Virus record (IMG/VR): IMGVR_UViG_3300014158_000359
Coordinates: 1 to 26,014 of that record
Reading direction: 5' to 3' (one strand)
Origin: a virus
Taxonomy: Duplodnaviria; Caudoviricetes
Length of the DNA stretch: 26,014 nucleotides
A program made the translations under genes and the position numbers. The notes under the pieces were generated by a model that did no database searches, was not told the origin of the DNA, and worked only from the letters and a program-made list of their open reading frames with translations. Positions within the stretch are counted from its first letter, which is position 1, and every line of letters starts with the position of its first letter. Of the stretch, positions 8,514 through 17,849 are shown one piece after another.

Positions 8514-9188
8514 CTAGCTGCTTATTCGGGTCCAGGCTATGACCCCAACCGGCAGCACCTCGGTAATTGCAGTGCAAATATCGGCATCCGTGACTTGCCC
8601 CTGCATCATGGCAAGGTTTGCGTATTCCAGTGAGCCCTGACCGTATCCTCCGCCATCACATCCCCACCCCGACACGGATCCGATGCCTACACCCGCTGGT
8701 CGATAGGCCGTGACGAAGAATTGAAATGGCAAGTCAAGGTTCCCCCAGCCGCCTGCCGCTCCGTAAGCAATCCCGCTACCCTTTCCGCTGATACTGCCAT
8801 ATCCGCCAGTGTTCGAAGTGTTCGCAGGCTCAAACACATTCGGTGGTCGTCCTGTCTGATCTACAAGTGCCGAGATGACAGCTTGCCGTGTCCCTCGCTC
8901 GCGGATGAGTTCCAACTGGAGCCGCAGTCGGTACGCGTCGTCATTCTCGCCAACACGTCGGCCAAGATTGGCTCCGAAATAGTCCACTGCTATCAAGTCT
9001 AGCCAGGTGCCATAGGCTGTCGAAATGCGGGCCTGCGATATGACGTACTGCAAAAGTTCGTATACCCAGGCCCAAGCCCATGCGACACCATTCAGCAGTG
9101 TATCGAGAACCGGCGTGTCGTCCGGAAACCATTGTAGTGGCAGGACCTGTTTTAGACGGGACAGGACATCCTGCTGGTCGCCTATCAT
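8514..9188 (-). CDS. Baseplate wedge protein (P2 gpI / Mu gp48-like, 224 aa)
   Basis: TAYGTWLDLIAVDYFG..RRVGENDDAYRLRL..RGT motif; immediately after baseplate J. Confidence 0.75.
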   Translation of the reverse strand: MIGDQQDVLSRLKQVLPLQWFPDDTPVLDTLLNGVAWAWAWVYELLQYVISQARISTAYGTWLDLIAVDYFGANLGRRVGENDDAYRLRLQLELIRERGTRQAVISALVDQTGRPPNVFEPANTSNTGGYGSISGKGSGIAYGAAGGWGNLDLPFQFFVTAYRPAGVGIGSVSGWGCDGGGYGQGSLEYANLAMMQGQVTDADICTAITEVLPVGVIAWTRISS

Positions 9189-9189
9189 A

Positions 9190-10314
9190 TCAGCTCACCA
9201 CTACCGTGCCGATTTTTATAACCCCGGAAAGCTGTACGACGATATCCGAGGTCTGGCCATTCAACAGGATTGCCGTTACGTTGCTGACGTTTGGGCTTGC
9301 CGTATAGGCAATAAGCGCGATCATGGTGGCAGGAAGTGGAGCGCCAACCGGAAGAGCGTTTACGTACGCTCCTATGGCGCTGACGATCTGCGGGGTGAGG
9401 AGAGTCACGTTAGCGCCGCCAGCGGTGATGACGGTAAGTGAGACATTCACTTGTGTGACCGTTGGCGCAAAGACGGCAAATGTTGATCCGACCGGCCGAA
9501 CCGCCTCCACAGCCTGTTGGACCATAGACAAAAGTGTGTTCGACGGGTACCCAGTTCCGTCGTCCACGACGATCACAAAATTCCCGAGCTGGAATTCTCC
9601 CGACGAACTCTGGTTCTCCTGTATTGTATAGCTGAGCCCCTGCTGAACGGAGATGATCGCGTACCTCACCGCAAAAAGGGTTGCCCTCGACAGGCTTGAC
9701 ATAAAACTCTGGAACCGAAGCCTTAAGGCCGAATCCGACTCCGCGTTGACGCCATTGTCGAATGGAGTGGCATTCAAGACACCATCGACACCGGACAATG
9801 CCGACGCAAGGACAGTTATCGATGTGGCCTGCACGTTGCCGCACGTTCCTGCGGTCTGCGCCACAACAGGCACGTCAAGGGCGGTCACCCCTACTCCAAT
9901 CACGTAACCGTTTTGCGCCTGGTTCCATCCCGGCGCGGTGACGTCCTCAGTGACCGCAAAAGTCTGGGTACCGTCGGTCGTCCGAACAAGGGCGCCTACC
10001 GGGACAAGTGCAGGAACGCTGGAATCAAATCGGGAAAACGTGACCGTTCCAGACGCAGGACTCGCTGGAAGGCGTGCCAGGGAGAAGTCGGCCATCCAAC
10101 TATCAAGATCAGCTCCGGTGCTCGTAGCCGCGCGCGTCATCTGGAGAACCTCCAACACCAGCCATTGCATCCACAATGCAATCGATGCTGCCGCCTCCAA
10201 TATTGCCCGAAGCGTGGAGCCAACGGTAAGGTCTAGAAGCTGAGCCGCAGCAGCCTGAACGGCCGAGGCCATACCCTGAACCAGGCTGGTGAATGTTTGA
10301 AGTGGAAGCTGCAT
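9190..10314 (-). CDS. Baseplate J / Mu gp47-like protein (374 aa)
   Basis: GSTLRAILEA, ATSTGADLD, ASGTVTFSR, G.CGNV, NGVNAESDSALRLR motifs of the baseplate J family. Confidence 0.9.
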   Translation of the reverse strand: MQLPLQTFTSLVQGMASAVQAAAAQLLDLTVGSTLRAILEAAASIALWMQWLVLEVLQMTRAATSTGADLDSWMADFSLARLPASPASGTVTFSRFDSSVPALVPVGALVRTTDGTQTFAVTEDVTAPGWNQAQNGYVIGVGVTALDVPVVAQTAGTCGNVQATSITVLASALSGVDGVLNATPFDNGVNAESDSALRLRFQSFMSSLSRATLFAVRYAIISVQQGLSYTIQENQSSSGEFQLGNFVIVVDDGTGYPSNTLLSMVQQAVEAVRPVGSTFAVFAPTVTQVNVSLTVITAGGANVTLLTPQIVSAIGAYVNALPVGAPLPATMIALIAYTASPNVSNVTAILLNGQTSDIVVQLSGVIKIGTVVVS

Positions 10315-10317
10315 CGT

Positions 10318-10695
10318 CTATATACTCACAGAGAAGGTCAAGACCTGCGTCTGTCCGGTCTGTGCATCGACATAAAGAATATGCACATAGACGTCTCCCG
10401 CGGCACCGCCAGGACAGAGCGTCACGCCGATAGTCGGCTCTGGATTTTGTGCCACCGCAGCTTCCTTGAATATCTGGCTGCGAATCGTCGCGCGGATTTG
10501 TAAAGCATTCGCCGGCTGCCCGATGAAGCCGGCCAAACCGGCACCATAGGCAGGTTGCCATATATAGTCGAGCAGATTGGTAAGAAGGCGCCGCAGGACC
10601 CGTTGCTGGCCGAGCGCCGGGCCGACAACGACAGCCAGATCGCCTGTGGGTCCGAACGCGAGATCAGAACCCCACTGGTGGGCAATGTCGGCCAT
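10318..10695 (-). CDS. Baseplate wedge / sheath initiator (gp25/gpW/gp46-like, 125 aa)
   Basis: GDLAVV.G..QQRVLRRLLTN..Y.WQPAYGAGL; positioned between spike and J. Confidence 0.78.
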   Translation of the reverse strand: MADIAHQWGSDLAFGPTGDLAVVVGPALGQQRVLRRLLTNLLDYIWQPAYGAGLAGFIGQPANALQIRATIRSQIFKEAAVAQNPEPTIGVTLCPGGAAGDVYVHILYVDAQTGQTQVLTFSVSI

Positions 10696-10702
10696 GATGT
10701 CC

Positions 10703-11218
10703 CTAATCCGGTTGGCTGGTCGTAGTCGTTACGCCGCCGCGGGAATCAGTATGCGTGTGAGCATCATAGTGGCCCCGTAACCGCGATAAAGGCCCTTGGC
10801 TGTCGTAGACGTCTCCCGTTACGTGCAAATCACCGCCCACTTGAACCGTCCCATCATTAAGTAGTTTCAGGAAGGAGCCTGACTGATGTACAAGCCACAG
10901 TTCACCGCTAGGAGCGGGCGGAGGACACTGCTGGCTCGAGAATACCCGACCAACGATGACCCCGTGTTCGGCTGCCCCCTCCTGAGAGAGCACAAAGACC
11001 TGATCTCCAGGTGCCGGAGGGCAGATCATTCCCCAGCCGGCGCCTACCCAGGGCGATAAGACAGGAAGCCAGCCGCTTAGGACCCCTTCCGGCTGCAGCG
11101 TCAGTCGCGCCGTTCCTGTATTTGGGTCGACCGATGTGATTGTACCGAATCGCGGTTGCGCCTGAGTCTGAACCAGCGCGTCCGCGTGCATCTTTATAGC
11201 GTTCAAAAAGCGTTCCAT
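10703..11218 (-). CDS. Baseplate central spike (P2 gpV / Mu gp45-like, ~171 aa)
   Basis: OB-fold-like RFGTITSVDP..SGWLPV..PAPGDQVFV, short beta-rich segment, and C-terminal HTH (HxH) metal-tip motif. Confidence 0.88.
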   Translation of the reverse strand: MERFLNAIKMHADALVQTQAQPRFGTITSVDPNTGTARLTLQPEGVLSGWLPVLSPWVGAGWGMICPPAPGDQVFVLSQEGAAEHGVIVGRVFSSQQCPPPAPSGELWLVHQSGSFLKLLNDGTVQVGGDLHVTGDVYDSQGPLSRLRGHYDAHTHTDSRGGVTTTTSQPD

Positions 11219-11221
11219 CAA

Positions 11222-12316
11222 TCAACTCGTCGAGTTAAGAACCGAATTTGTCCTTGGCGAGCTATTGCTAGCCCGCACCCGCTCGATAAACCCAGTCTGA
11301 GGCCGGAATGTGCGCTCAATGGAATCTATATAGTAAGCTTGATCGAAGTCCGTTCCGGTTCCATCTAACTGGATCGTGCTTCGGGGGGTAAGCGCAAGTT
11401 CTCCCGGCATAGAGAACTCGATTACGCGCTCATGGCGGGATAGCTCGGACAGGCGCTGTTGAGCGACTGCCAGCGCCTTGTCAGGTGTCAAATTGGGACG
11501 CATGATAACGTACTGCTGGGCTGATCTTGCGCTAGAACTGGAGCCGCTCGAGGAACTTCCGCTGATAGTGCTACTGACGCTCTCGGTGAACGCCATTTGC
11601 TGGAGCGAGTTCCAGCTCTGTACCGTAACCTGGATGTCGCGTGCGAGGGTCAATGCACGTTCTAACCTGAGTTCCATCATGTCCGCCGGATATAGCACTT
11701 GATCGATCGTCGAAATCTGTGCGGCTGGTTGGAAGCACAGGTCGGTTCCGGTCACGAAAGCATCATAGCTTTCCTGCCGAGCCAGATATACTAGCAGATC
11801 CCACTCGGTCGTTGCCCCAGAGAACCGGTCGAGCGTTAGGCTTTCATGATCGCTTTGATAGAAGCGGCCGACCGGGGTGCTGGTTGGAACTACGCAAGGA
11901 ACAAGGCCGTGGCGCTGTGCAAAAATCGTAGCAATTTCGCTTGATGTTCTATTGGAAAAGGCTTCTTGCGTTTGAGCCCCAATCAGTGCCGCGGTGAAAT
12001 CTCTCCCGCTGACACGCACGACACCACCGACCGGATCTATCGATACCTTGTCGGCGAATCCTTGTATGAGGCTTGTAAAATTCGCTCCGCCATCGAGGCC
12101 CAATTGGATATCAATCAGGACGTCCGGTTCGGACGACCAGAAGCACGCGTCTGCCCATGGATCGGGGCCAAGCGCAATGACAGCATCAAAGCGGTCAGCG
12201 CTAAAGTGGTTGTTTGAGGCGACTTCTGCCTCATATGCGCCGGTCAGTATCTGGCCATTTGCAAGAAGGCAGAGTCTAGGGGCCCGATATGATGGTGGAG
12301 GTTCATTGAGAAGCAA
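11222..12316 (-). CDS. Baseplate hub (P2 gpD / Mu gp44-like, ~364 aa)
   Basis: Immediately before the spike; VRVSGRD..LI, SEIA..A..HGL, WDLL..LA and Y.IDSIERTF..GF motifs. A TTG start at 12316 has GGAGG at 12322-12326 (ORF track start is 12322). Confidence 0.82.
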   Translation of the reverse strand: MLLNEPPPSYRAPRLCLLANGQILTGAYEAEVASNNHFSADRFDAVIALGPDPWADACFWSSEPDVLIDIQLGLDGGANFTSLIQGFADKVSIDPVGGVVRVSGRDFTAALIGAQTQEAFSNRTSSEIATIFAQRHGLVPCVVPTSTPVGRFYQSDHESLTLDRFSGATTEWDLLVYLARQESYDAFVTGTDLCFQPAAQISTIDQVLYPADMMELRLERALTLARDIQVTVQSWNSLQQMAFTESVSSTISGSSSSGSSSSARSAQQYVIMRPNLTPDKALAVAQQRLSELSRHERVIEFSMPGELALTPRSTIQLDGTGTDFDQAYYIDSIERTFRPQTGFIERVRASNSSPRTNSVLNSTS

Positions 12317-12488
12317 TGCCACCTCCTGCGTTGGGGTCCTGATTTGGGATCAGCAAGGTCACGACGCCCGAAAGCATAGGATCGTTAAGCCGGTTTAACT
12401 GGGCGATCCTTAACCATTGCGTGGCGTCGCCCAATTGTTCGGCAGCAATACGAAACAGGTTACCGCCGGCGACAGTGATTGTCTGCAC
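12303..12488 (-). CDS. LysM-like baseplate/tail protein X (61 aa)
   Basis: TITVAGGNLFRIAAEQLGDATQWLRIAQLNRLNDP..L.IP is LysM/gpX-like. GTG start 1 nt after the upstream stop. Confidence 0.82.
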   Translation of the reverse strand: MQTITVAGGNLFRIAAEQLGDATQWLRIAQLNRLNDPMLSGVVTLLIPNQDPNAGGGIASQ

Positions 12489-12489
12489 G

Positions 12490-13230
12490 TCAGGTACTCG
12501 CGTTCGAGAGATTTCGCGCAGCTCGCCCCACATAGGCGCTGGCACTCGTCAAGTCCGCCAACTGTTGAGCAGCCGTCGTAGATGTCACAAGGTCTGTTAT
12601 CAGGGACCCGGCGTTGCCAGGGTTTGAAGAAATAACGGTCCGGAGTGTGGCCTCGGTGGATCCGATTTGGGTATTGATAGCGGACTGTGTCAGGCTGAGG
12701 CTCGACTGGGCGGCTGCGTATGCAGCACTCCCAAGGGTAGTGGCATTGGGATCTGCCAAACAGGCCTGGACATCAGTGAAATCGACGCCAAGGCTGGCGC
12801 ATTGACCGGCAGCAACACCCAGATCGGCGAGGACCGAATTGCCCAGGGAGATCACGGAAGAATTCGCTGCGGAGGCCTCATCCCTCACTACAGTGCAAGA
12901 GATCCGGTACGGTATCCATACGGGATTCTCATATTCGGCATCAAAGCGACTTAGAACGACCGTATAAAAGAAGACGTCCCACGTCAGGCTTATCCCGCCG
13001 CCCGCAACGCGAAGGGCATTCAACGCCCTCGCGCGCAAGGTAGCGTCTGCTCCCGAGAACGCGCCCGAGAAGGAGATTTCGGACTCATCGGGGCCAATGC
13101 TGTCGACAACCCTTCGACCATCGGTCAACTGATGGACTGCTAGGAGCTGTCGTCCTCCGAAATTGATACCCGACGGTATTTCGAAGGCTTGGAAGGCGAC
13201 CGGTCCAAGTACCAACACTACACCTGACAT
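12490..13230 (-). CDS. Tail tube initiator (gpU-like, 246 aa)
   Basis: LGPVAFQAFEIP..FGGRQ.LAVH.L..G.RVVD..GP..ISFSG; GAGGAG RBS at 13235-13240 before ATG 13230; canonical position after the tape measure. Confidence 0.72.
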   Translation of the reverse strand: MSGVVLVLGPVAFQAFEIPSGINFGGRQLLAVHQLTDGRRVVDSIGPDESEISFSGAFSGADATLRARALNALRVAGGGISLTWDVFFYTVVLSRFDAEYENPVWIPYRISCTVVRDEASAANSSVISLGNSVLADLGVAAGQCASLGVDFTDVQACLADPNATTLGSAAYAAAQSSLSLTQSAINTQIGSTEATLRTVISSNPGNAGSLITDLVTSTTAAQQLADLTSASAYVGRAARNLSNAST

Positions 13231-13337
13231 TCGGCTCCTCGAACGACGGACTTGAGCACGGCTGGCGAGGTAGAAGCACACTCACGGTGATACCCCCTAT
13301 CGTGCCCGGGATATGTTCTGAGATGACGTGGCGAAAA

Positions 13338-14309
13338 TCACGTCGCGAGTGACGGCCCACCCCACGATGGTGTAATTCGAGGGTCAACAGCCATGATACC
13401 AGCACGTGGACGGACGATCTCTCGGTTCAAGTGCTGGGTTAGCCAGCGACTAAGGATGGAACCCTCAAGGTAGAGATCGCCCTGCTCAGTGTTCTTTCCC
13501 TTGCCGTTGCCGTCTCGGTAACCGCTTCGATTGCTCCGCGCTGCCTTCAGGCCGGCTACCGCCGAGGTATGTGATGGCGACGCAGTCGAAATAGCGCCGG
13601 CTGAAGTGTCCGCGAGCCGGGTTATGCCTCCAATCAACTCATTATGAGCATAGTTATAATTGACCGGAGCGATCGCGGAAGCGGGCAGAAGCCTTGGTTG
13701 GCGGACATGTTCCAACGGAGATCGAGATCTCCCGAACGTTTGGCTGGAAGCCGAGAGCCGCGATCCAAGGGCCGAGACAACGGCGTCGAGTGCGATGGAC
13801 TGGATCACGGAGGTCCGTTGAGCCCGTGGAGCTATAGGTGCGGTTTTCTCAACCTGGCGGCTGGCTGGCCTGTTTACTGCACGCGGTCTTATCTGAGCAT
13901 AACCGCTTGGCATAATCGGGGCCTTGAAGCGTGGCGACGCGAGCCCCGGGGGGAGCGGGCGCATATTCTGAACTAGCAGCGACGCTGCCGGCCGGCGGGG
14001 CGGAGCCAGAGCAGCCCGCGAAGGACGGTAATGGTTGGCTACGTGAGACGACGTCCGCGGTATAGTGGTCATCATCGTCAACGCCAGACCCTGCGGCCCG
14101 TGTGCCAGAGAGGTCGGCCTGGCCCAGGGTAGCCGCCCGACCTTGCCGCCGAAGATGCCCTCGGCGATCCGCAGCAGCCTGGATAGGCTGATCGGCGACT
14201 CACCAATCATCCTGTCAAGTGTGCGAAGCTGAGTGCGGACCGCGAATATTTGCCGGAAGGCACTATTGCCGCGGAGGTACACCGGGCTGCGCGTGGGCGG
14301 GCCATTCAC
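13338..14309 (-). CDS. Atypical short protein at the tape-measure position (<=323 aa, possibly degenerate)
   Basis: Only long ORF between the tail chaperone and the gpU-like gene. Pro/Arg/Ser/Ala-rich with a C-terminal GDLYLEG..L.RW segment; start uncertain. Confidence 0.5.
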   Translation of the reverse strand: MNGPPTRSPVYLRGNSAFRQIFAVRTQLRTLDRMIGESPISLSRLLRIAEGIFGGKVGRLPWARPTSLAHGPQGLALTMMTTIPRTSSHVANHYRPSRAALAPPRRPAASLLVQNMRPLPPGLASPRFKAPIMPSGYAQIRPRAVNRPASRQVEKTAPIAPRAQRTSVIQSIALDAVVSALGSRLSASSQTFGRSRSPLEHVRQPRLLPASAIAPVNYNYAHNELIGGITRLADTSAGAISTASPSHTSAVAGLKAARSNRSGYRDGNGKGKNTEQGDLYLEGSILSRWLTQHLNREIVRPRAGIMAVDPRITPSWGGPSLAT

Positions 14310-14350
14310 AACACGATGCCATCAGCAAAAGGTGAGGTTGTAGTGTGACA

Positions 14351-14530
14351 TCATACCGGCTGCCTCCACCGCAGCGTCCGCCAATCGAACTGTTGTCCAT
14401 CCAGGATGCCGAAAGTGACCACGTATGCCATACGTTCATCTGGTGGGAGCGAAAAGGCAACATCGAACGGCACCCCGTTCCTGACCAGGTAAAGGCAGTC
14501 GGTCAGGTCGGGGTGCCGGACGAGTTTCCC
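14351..14530 (-). CDS. -1 frameshift extension of the tail assembly chaperone (gpT-like; fusion ~172 aa)
   Basis: The -1 frame is open from slippery GGGAAAC (14530-14524) to TGA 14351: KLVRHPDLTDCLYLVRNGVPFDVAFSLPPDERMAYVVTFGILDGQQFDWRTLRWRQPV. Confidence 0.8.
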   Translation of the reverse strand, partial: GKLVRHPDLTDCLYLVRNGVPFDVAFSLPPDERMAYVVTFGILDGQQFDWRTLRWRQPV

Positions 14531-14868
14531 GCGATTGTGACCTGCTCGATCTCGTCGACCCCAGACAATGGCTCCATACTCTCGGCAATTGCCTCAATCC
14601 CGCTGTCACCTAAACGACCTACCAGCGCCTCAATCTGGGTCTCGGTGGAAGGACGAGGGATAGGTATGTCATCGATAGCAGTCACTGAACTTGCGAGGAT
14701 TGCCATCGCGAGCCAAGGTTGGTTAAGGGCAAGCTCAGGTCCCGCTGCCTTTAGGATTCGCAGTTTGTCTAACGCCGTCAAACTCCTGAGAGTGAGCCTC
14801 CGACCCAAGCTGTCTACAACCGAGCGTGCTTCGGTTGCCTCAGCAACAATCGTCGCGGAGGGGGTCAT
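14503..14868 (-). CDS. Tail assembly chaperone (gpG-like, 121 aa)
   Basis: Follows the tube gene with a TGATG overlap and ends in G-GGA-AAC slippery codons (Gly-Asn). Confidence 0.8.
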   Translation of the reverse strand: MTPSATIVAEATEARSVVDSLGRRLTLRSLTALDKLRILKAAGPELALNQPWLAMAILASSVTAIDDIPIPRPSTETQIEALVGRLGDSGIEAIAESMEPLSGVDEIEQVTIAGNSSGTPT

Positions 14869-15296
14869 CAAATGCGACTCCTACTGACGCCAAAAAACTC
14901 GAGCTTCTGCTTGACGCTACTTTCGCCCTTCCAGACCCCCGCGTTGACCAGCTTGAACGTAACGGCAGCATACTGATATGTCGAAGTCGACCCGTCCGTC
15001 TCGTTGATGTACTGGTACATAGTGATCGAGCCCACACTCCCACCATTAAAGTATGCCTGCTCGGTTGCTGCAATAAAGTCTTCGACTACCGAATTGCCGC
15101 GCTCAAGCTCGAAGCTACCCTCCCAGCCTTTAGGTAGTTCGATGCCCAACTGAGTTCCATCCAACCGGCTGACGCGCACCGATTGAGTTAGCTGTCGACT
15201 TTCGAAGGCGGTGACATGCTCCAGGTCGATACGACCGCTCGGGCCCATGACGACAAGCTGAGTGTCGCGACCAACAGAGAATGCTGTAAATGACAT
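14868..15296 (-). CDS. Tail tube protein (142 aa)
   Basis: Size, beta-rich composition and position right after the sheath gene. Confidence 0.8.
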   Translation of the reverse strand: MSFTAFSVGRDTQLVVMGPSGRIDLEHVTAFESRQLTQSVRVSRLDGTQLGIELPKGWEGSFELERGNSVVEDFIAATEQAYFNGGSVGSITMYQYINETDGSTSTYQYAAVTFKLVNAGVWKGESSVKQKLEFFGVSRSRI

Positions 15297-15308
15297 AGGG
15301 ATACCTCG

Positions 15309-16871
15309 TTAGGTCGCCTGCCCGCTGGGGAGGGTCTGGACGGACACCTGGACTGTCTGACCTCCTTCCACGTTGACGATGAATTTTTCGTTGATCGATT
15401 GATATTGCACCTGCGCGTCCGACTGCACATAACCGAGGCCAGTCCTACTCGCTGGATTGTTTGACGTGTCGCAAATAACGCTGAATGGCAGACTTCCGTC
15501 GGTACTGCCAAGCAGACCCTGGCTGAGCATGTTTTGCAGGAACGAGAGCTGGCAGGAGCGAATACTGAGGAACAGGTTGGCGTTGATGACCTGCCCTACA
15601 TACTGCCCCATGCCCGCGGCGAGGGTAGCGGCGATGTAGTTGGTGAGGCGCGTATAGTTGTCACCATCGATAGCCTGATTGGACGATGAGTTGAAGCCCC
15701 CGCGGACCCCCCAGTAGCTTCCGCCAGGCTGCGGGTTGGATATCACGTCGATCCCCGCACCGAACAGCACCGCGAGATCCGCCGCGGAGTAGGATGTGCT
15801 TTGACCAGATCCCGGAGTCCCCGACATCTGGCTGCCGATGACACAGTAAATCTGTTTGTTCAAACTCGATTGCTCCGGTGACAGGTTCGCGAGCCGGCCG
15901 GCAACAAACCCTTGCGGTGAAACCAACCGGATCGTGCTGTTCACCTGGTCGGACCACCATAGCCAGTCGCCGAACATCAGCTTTGCAGAATAGCTGTCGA
16001 GCCCGGCCTGCTGCATAACTGTGACCGCATTCTGGATTGTGTCGCCGGCCGGGCCCGTCAGGATCATATAGACGCCTTGCTGGAGGCCGAACGCCGCCTG
16101 AGTTGTCCACTGAGTTGGATCGTCCGAGTCGGCCAGCACGGCGATACCGCAGCCCTGGCCTGTCAAGGCGTACATGCCGGTGCGGGGAGGAATGTCCACG
16201 CCGACCAACTGCATGGATGACACCCCAGATGCCCCATCGGACCCCGGCGTACTGGCACCAAGTGTCGTAGCGAAGGCTACCGGAGGCACCGTGGCACCAC
16301 CAGCACTGGCGATCACAAGCTGCGACGGTCCACGCTGCGGACCCTGACCCTGATTGACTGCTGCCGCGAGGGCGAGCCAGAACGGCGCCCCGGTACCGCC
16401 GATATTGTCATAGACCTCAGGCTGCAATCCAGGCAACGCTGCTATCAATCGCCAGGTGTTTGCTCCGGAACCAGGTTGCAGCGTGAGGCTAACCTGATTG
16501 CCGAGCGAGCCCGTGTAGAGTGCTGTAAAGGTAGCCGTCGTCCCAGGAACAACCACCTGCGCAGCCGTGTCGGTTCCATCGCTAACACGAACACAACGGA
16601 AATTCTGAGCGCCCTGTTGGACCGCTGTGGCGATTTGGGTTCCCATGTCATATTTTCGAGCGATGATCGGACCGAAACTCTGTGCATAATCCGCCATGGT
16701 TGCGACGATGACGGGTTGTGCGACCGGTCCCCAGGACGCGGTGCCGACGACGCCAACCACATTGGTCGGAACACCGTTCAGTACCAGGTTCTGGGGTGGC
16801 ACTATCTGGACGTAGAGGTCTGGCACCACCAGCGCCGTCGTATTGATGCTGCCCTGCTGAACGATCGGCAT
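15309..16871 (-). CDS. Contractile tail sheath protein (520 aa)
   Basis: PDLYVQIV, GVVGTASWGPV..PV, ALYTGSLGN and C-terminal R.TNYI..CDTSNNP motifs of the phage sheath family. Confidence 0.9.
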   Translation of the reverse strand: MPIVQQGSINTTALVVPDLYVQIVPPQNLVLNGVPTNVVGVVGTASWGPVAQPVIVATMADYAQSFGPIIARKYDMGTQIATAVQQGAQNFRCVRVSDGTDTAAQVVVPGTTATFTALYTGSLGNQVSLTLQPGSGANTWRLIAALPGLQPEVYDNIGGTGAPFWLALAAAVNQGQGPQRGPSQLVIASAGGATVPPVAFATTLGASTPGSDGASGVSSMQLVGVDIPPRTGMYALTGQGCGIAVLADSDDPTQWTTQAAFGLQQGVYMILTGPAGDTIQNAVTVMQQAGLDSYSAKLMFGDWLWWSDQVNSTIRLVSPQGFVAGRLANLSPEQSSLNKQIYCVIGSQMSGTPGSGQSTSYSAADLAVLFGAGIDVISNPQPGGSYWGVRGGFNSSSNQAIDGDNYTRLTNYIAATLAAGMGQYVGQVINANLFLSIRSCQLSFLQNMLSQGLLGSTDGSLPFSVICDTSNNPASRTGLGYVQSDAQVQYQSINEKFIVNVEGGQTVQVSVQTLPSGQAT

Positions 16872-16876
16872 TAGTA

Positions 16877-17026
16877 TTAAGCCCCTCCCGGCATCCGCGC
16901 GGCTACCCGCACAACATAATGGGCACGTTCACCACTGATGATGCTGGCGATACGCGCGGAATCCGTGATCACGTCACCGCGTGAGAAGCCGTCGAAAGGT
17001 CTCACAACGACCAAATGAATTTCCAT
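16877..17026 (-). CDS. Small conserved-position protein before the sheath (49 aa; not in ORF track)
   Basis: GGAG RBS at 17032-17035, ATG 17026, MEIHLVVVRPFDGFSRGDVITDSARIASIISGERAHYVVRVAARMPGGA, TAA 16877. It fills the gap between genes. Confidence 0.75.
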   Translation of the reverse strand: MEIHLVVVRPFDGFSRGDVITDSARIASIISGERAHYVVRVAARMPGGA

Positions 17027-17039
17027 GATGGCTCCGAGA

Positions 17040-17849
17040 TTAGGCTGTAAAGGTGCCGGCGTTTAGGACAAGTTCACCGAACAGCATGGCAGGCTGCCGG
17101 GCAGTGATCGTTGTGGGATATTCTACGTCGTAGAGCAGGTCGCGGCGATAAAGCAGCGCGTCCTGGGATTGATCGAATACAAGTGTACCGCGATATTGTA
17201 GGCGGCCCTGGGAGCTATCGGCCAGGTTGATGAACTGAAAACCAACGAGTAGCAGATCGATTGCCGAGGCCGAGGCGTCGCGAGTGGCGGGTGTGGGGCA
17301 CCAACACGTGATGCGGAATCCCCGTTCCTGACGCCGTACTTCCTGCATCACTGAAGCGTCGGCGACCACTCGGGCCAACACACTGCCGGCACCGGGAATT
17401 GTTAGTGTTGCGCCCGAGAGGTTGACAATCCAGTCAGTGCGAACAGCAGTTGCTAAGTTCGCGGCTACGGTCGCCGGCGTGTCGCCAGCTTGTGAGGCGT
17501 ACACATAACTGCTGTCATTGACCAGCATTCCGGCGAGCTGTCCCGGACCTGCGGTGCCCCCGATGGTGACCGAGACGCCAGAAACCGATGCGGTGAGTGT
17601 TGCCTGTGCCGGGAAACCTTGCCATTGTTGCGAATATCGGGTTGTATTGCGGCCTGGCTCGCCCTGTGGGAAGACTGTGACGTTAATGACGCCGGCCGCG
17701 AGGTCTGCGTTCAGCGCGGCTGAATTAGGCCAGCCGCGGTATATCCGACAGTCCGGCCCAGGGAGACTCGGCGAGCTCGACCCGTTTGGATATAGCGCAT
17801 TGGCAGCCAGTGCAACCAACGCATTCTCTACATCCGACTGGTCAGCCAT
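17040..17849 (-). CDS. Putative tail terminator/neck protein (269 aa)
   Basis: TGATG-coupled to the upstream gene and positioned before the sheath; function inferred from gene order. Confidence 0.6.
   Translation of the reverse strand: MADQSDVENALVALAANALYPNGSSSPSLPGPDCRIYRGWPNSAALNADLAAGVINVTVFPQGEPGRNTTRYSQQWQGFPAQATLTASVSGVSVTIGGTAGPGQLAGMLVNDSSYVYASQAGDTPATVAANLATAVRTDWIVNLSGATLTIPGAGSVLARVVADASVMQEVRRQERGFRITCWCPTPATRDASASAIDLLLVGFQFINLADSSQGRLQYRGTLVFDQSQDALLYRRDLLYDVEYPTTITARQPAMLFGELVLNAGTFTA

Noticed and set aside
8514-16871. Interpretation as R-type tailocin, eCIS or T6SS
   Set aside because: Terminase, portal, scaffold and capsid genes are in the same operon, and no AAA ATPase, PAAR, effector or membrane-complex genes are present.
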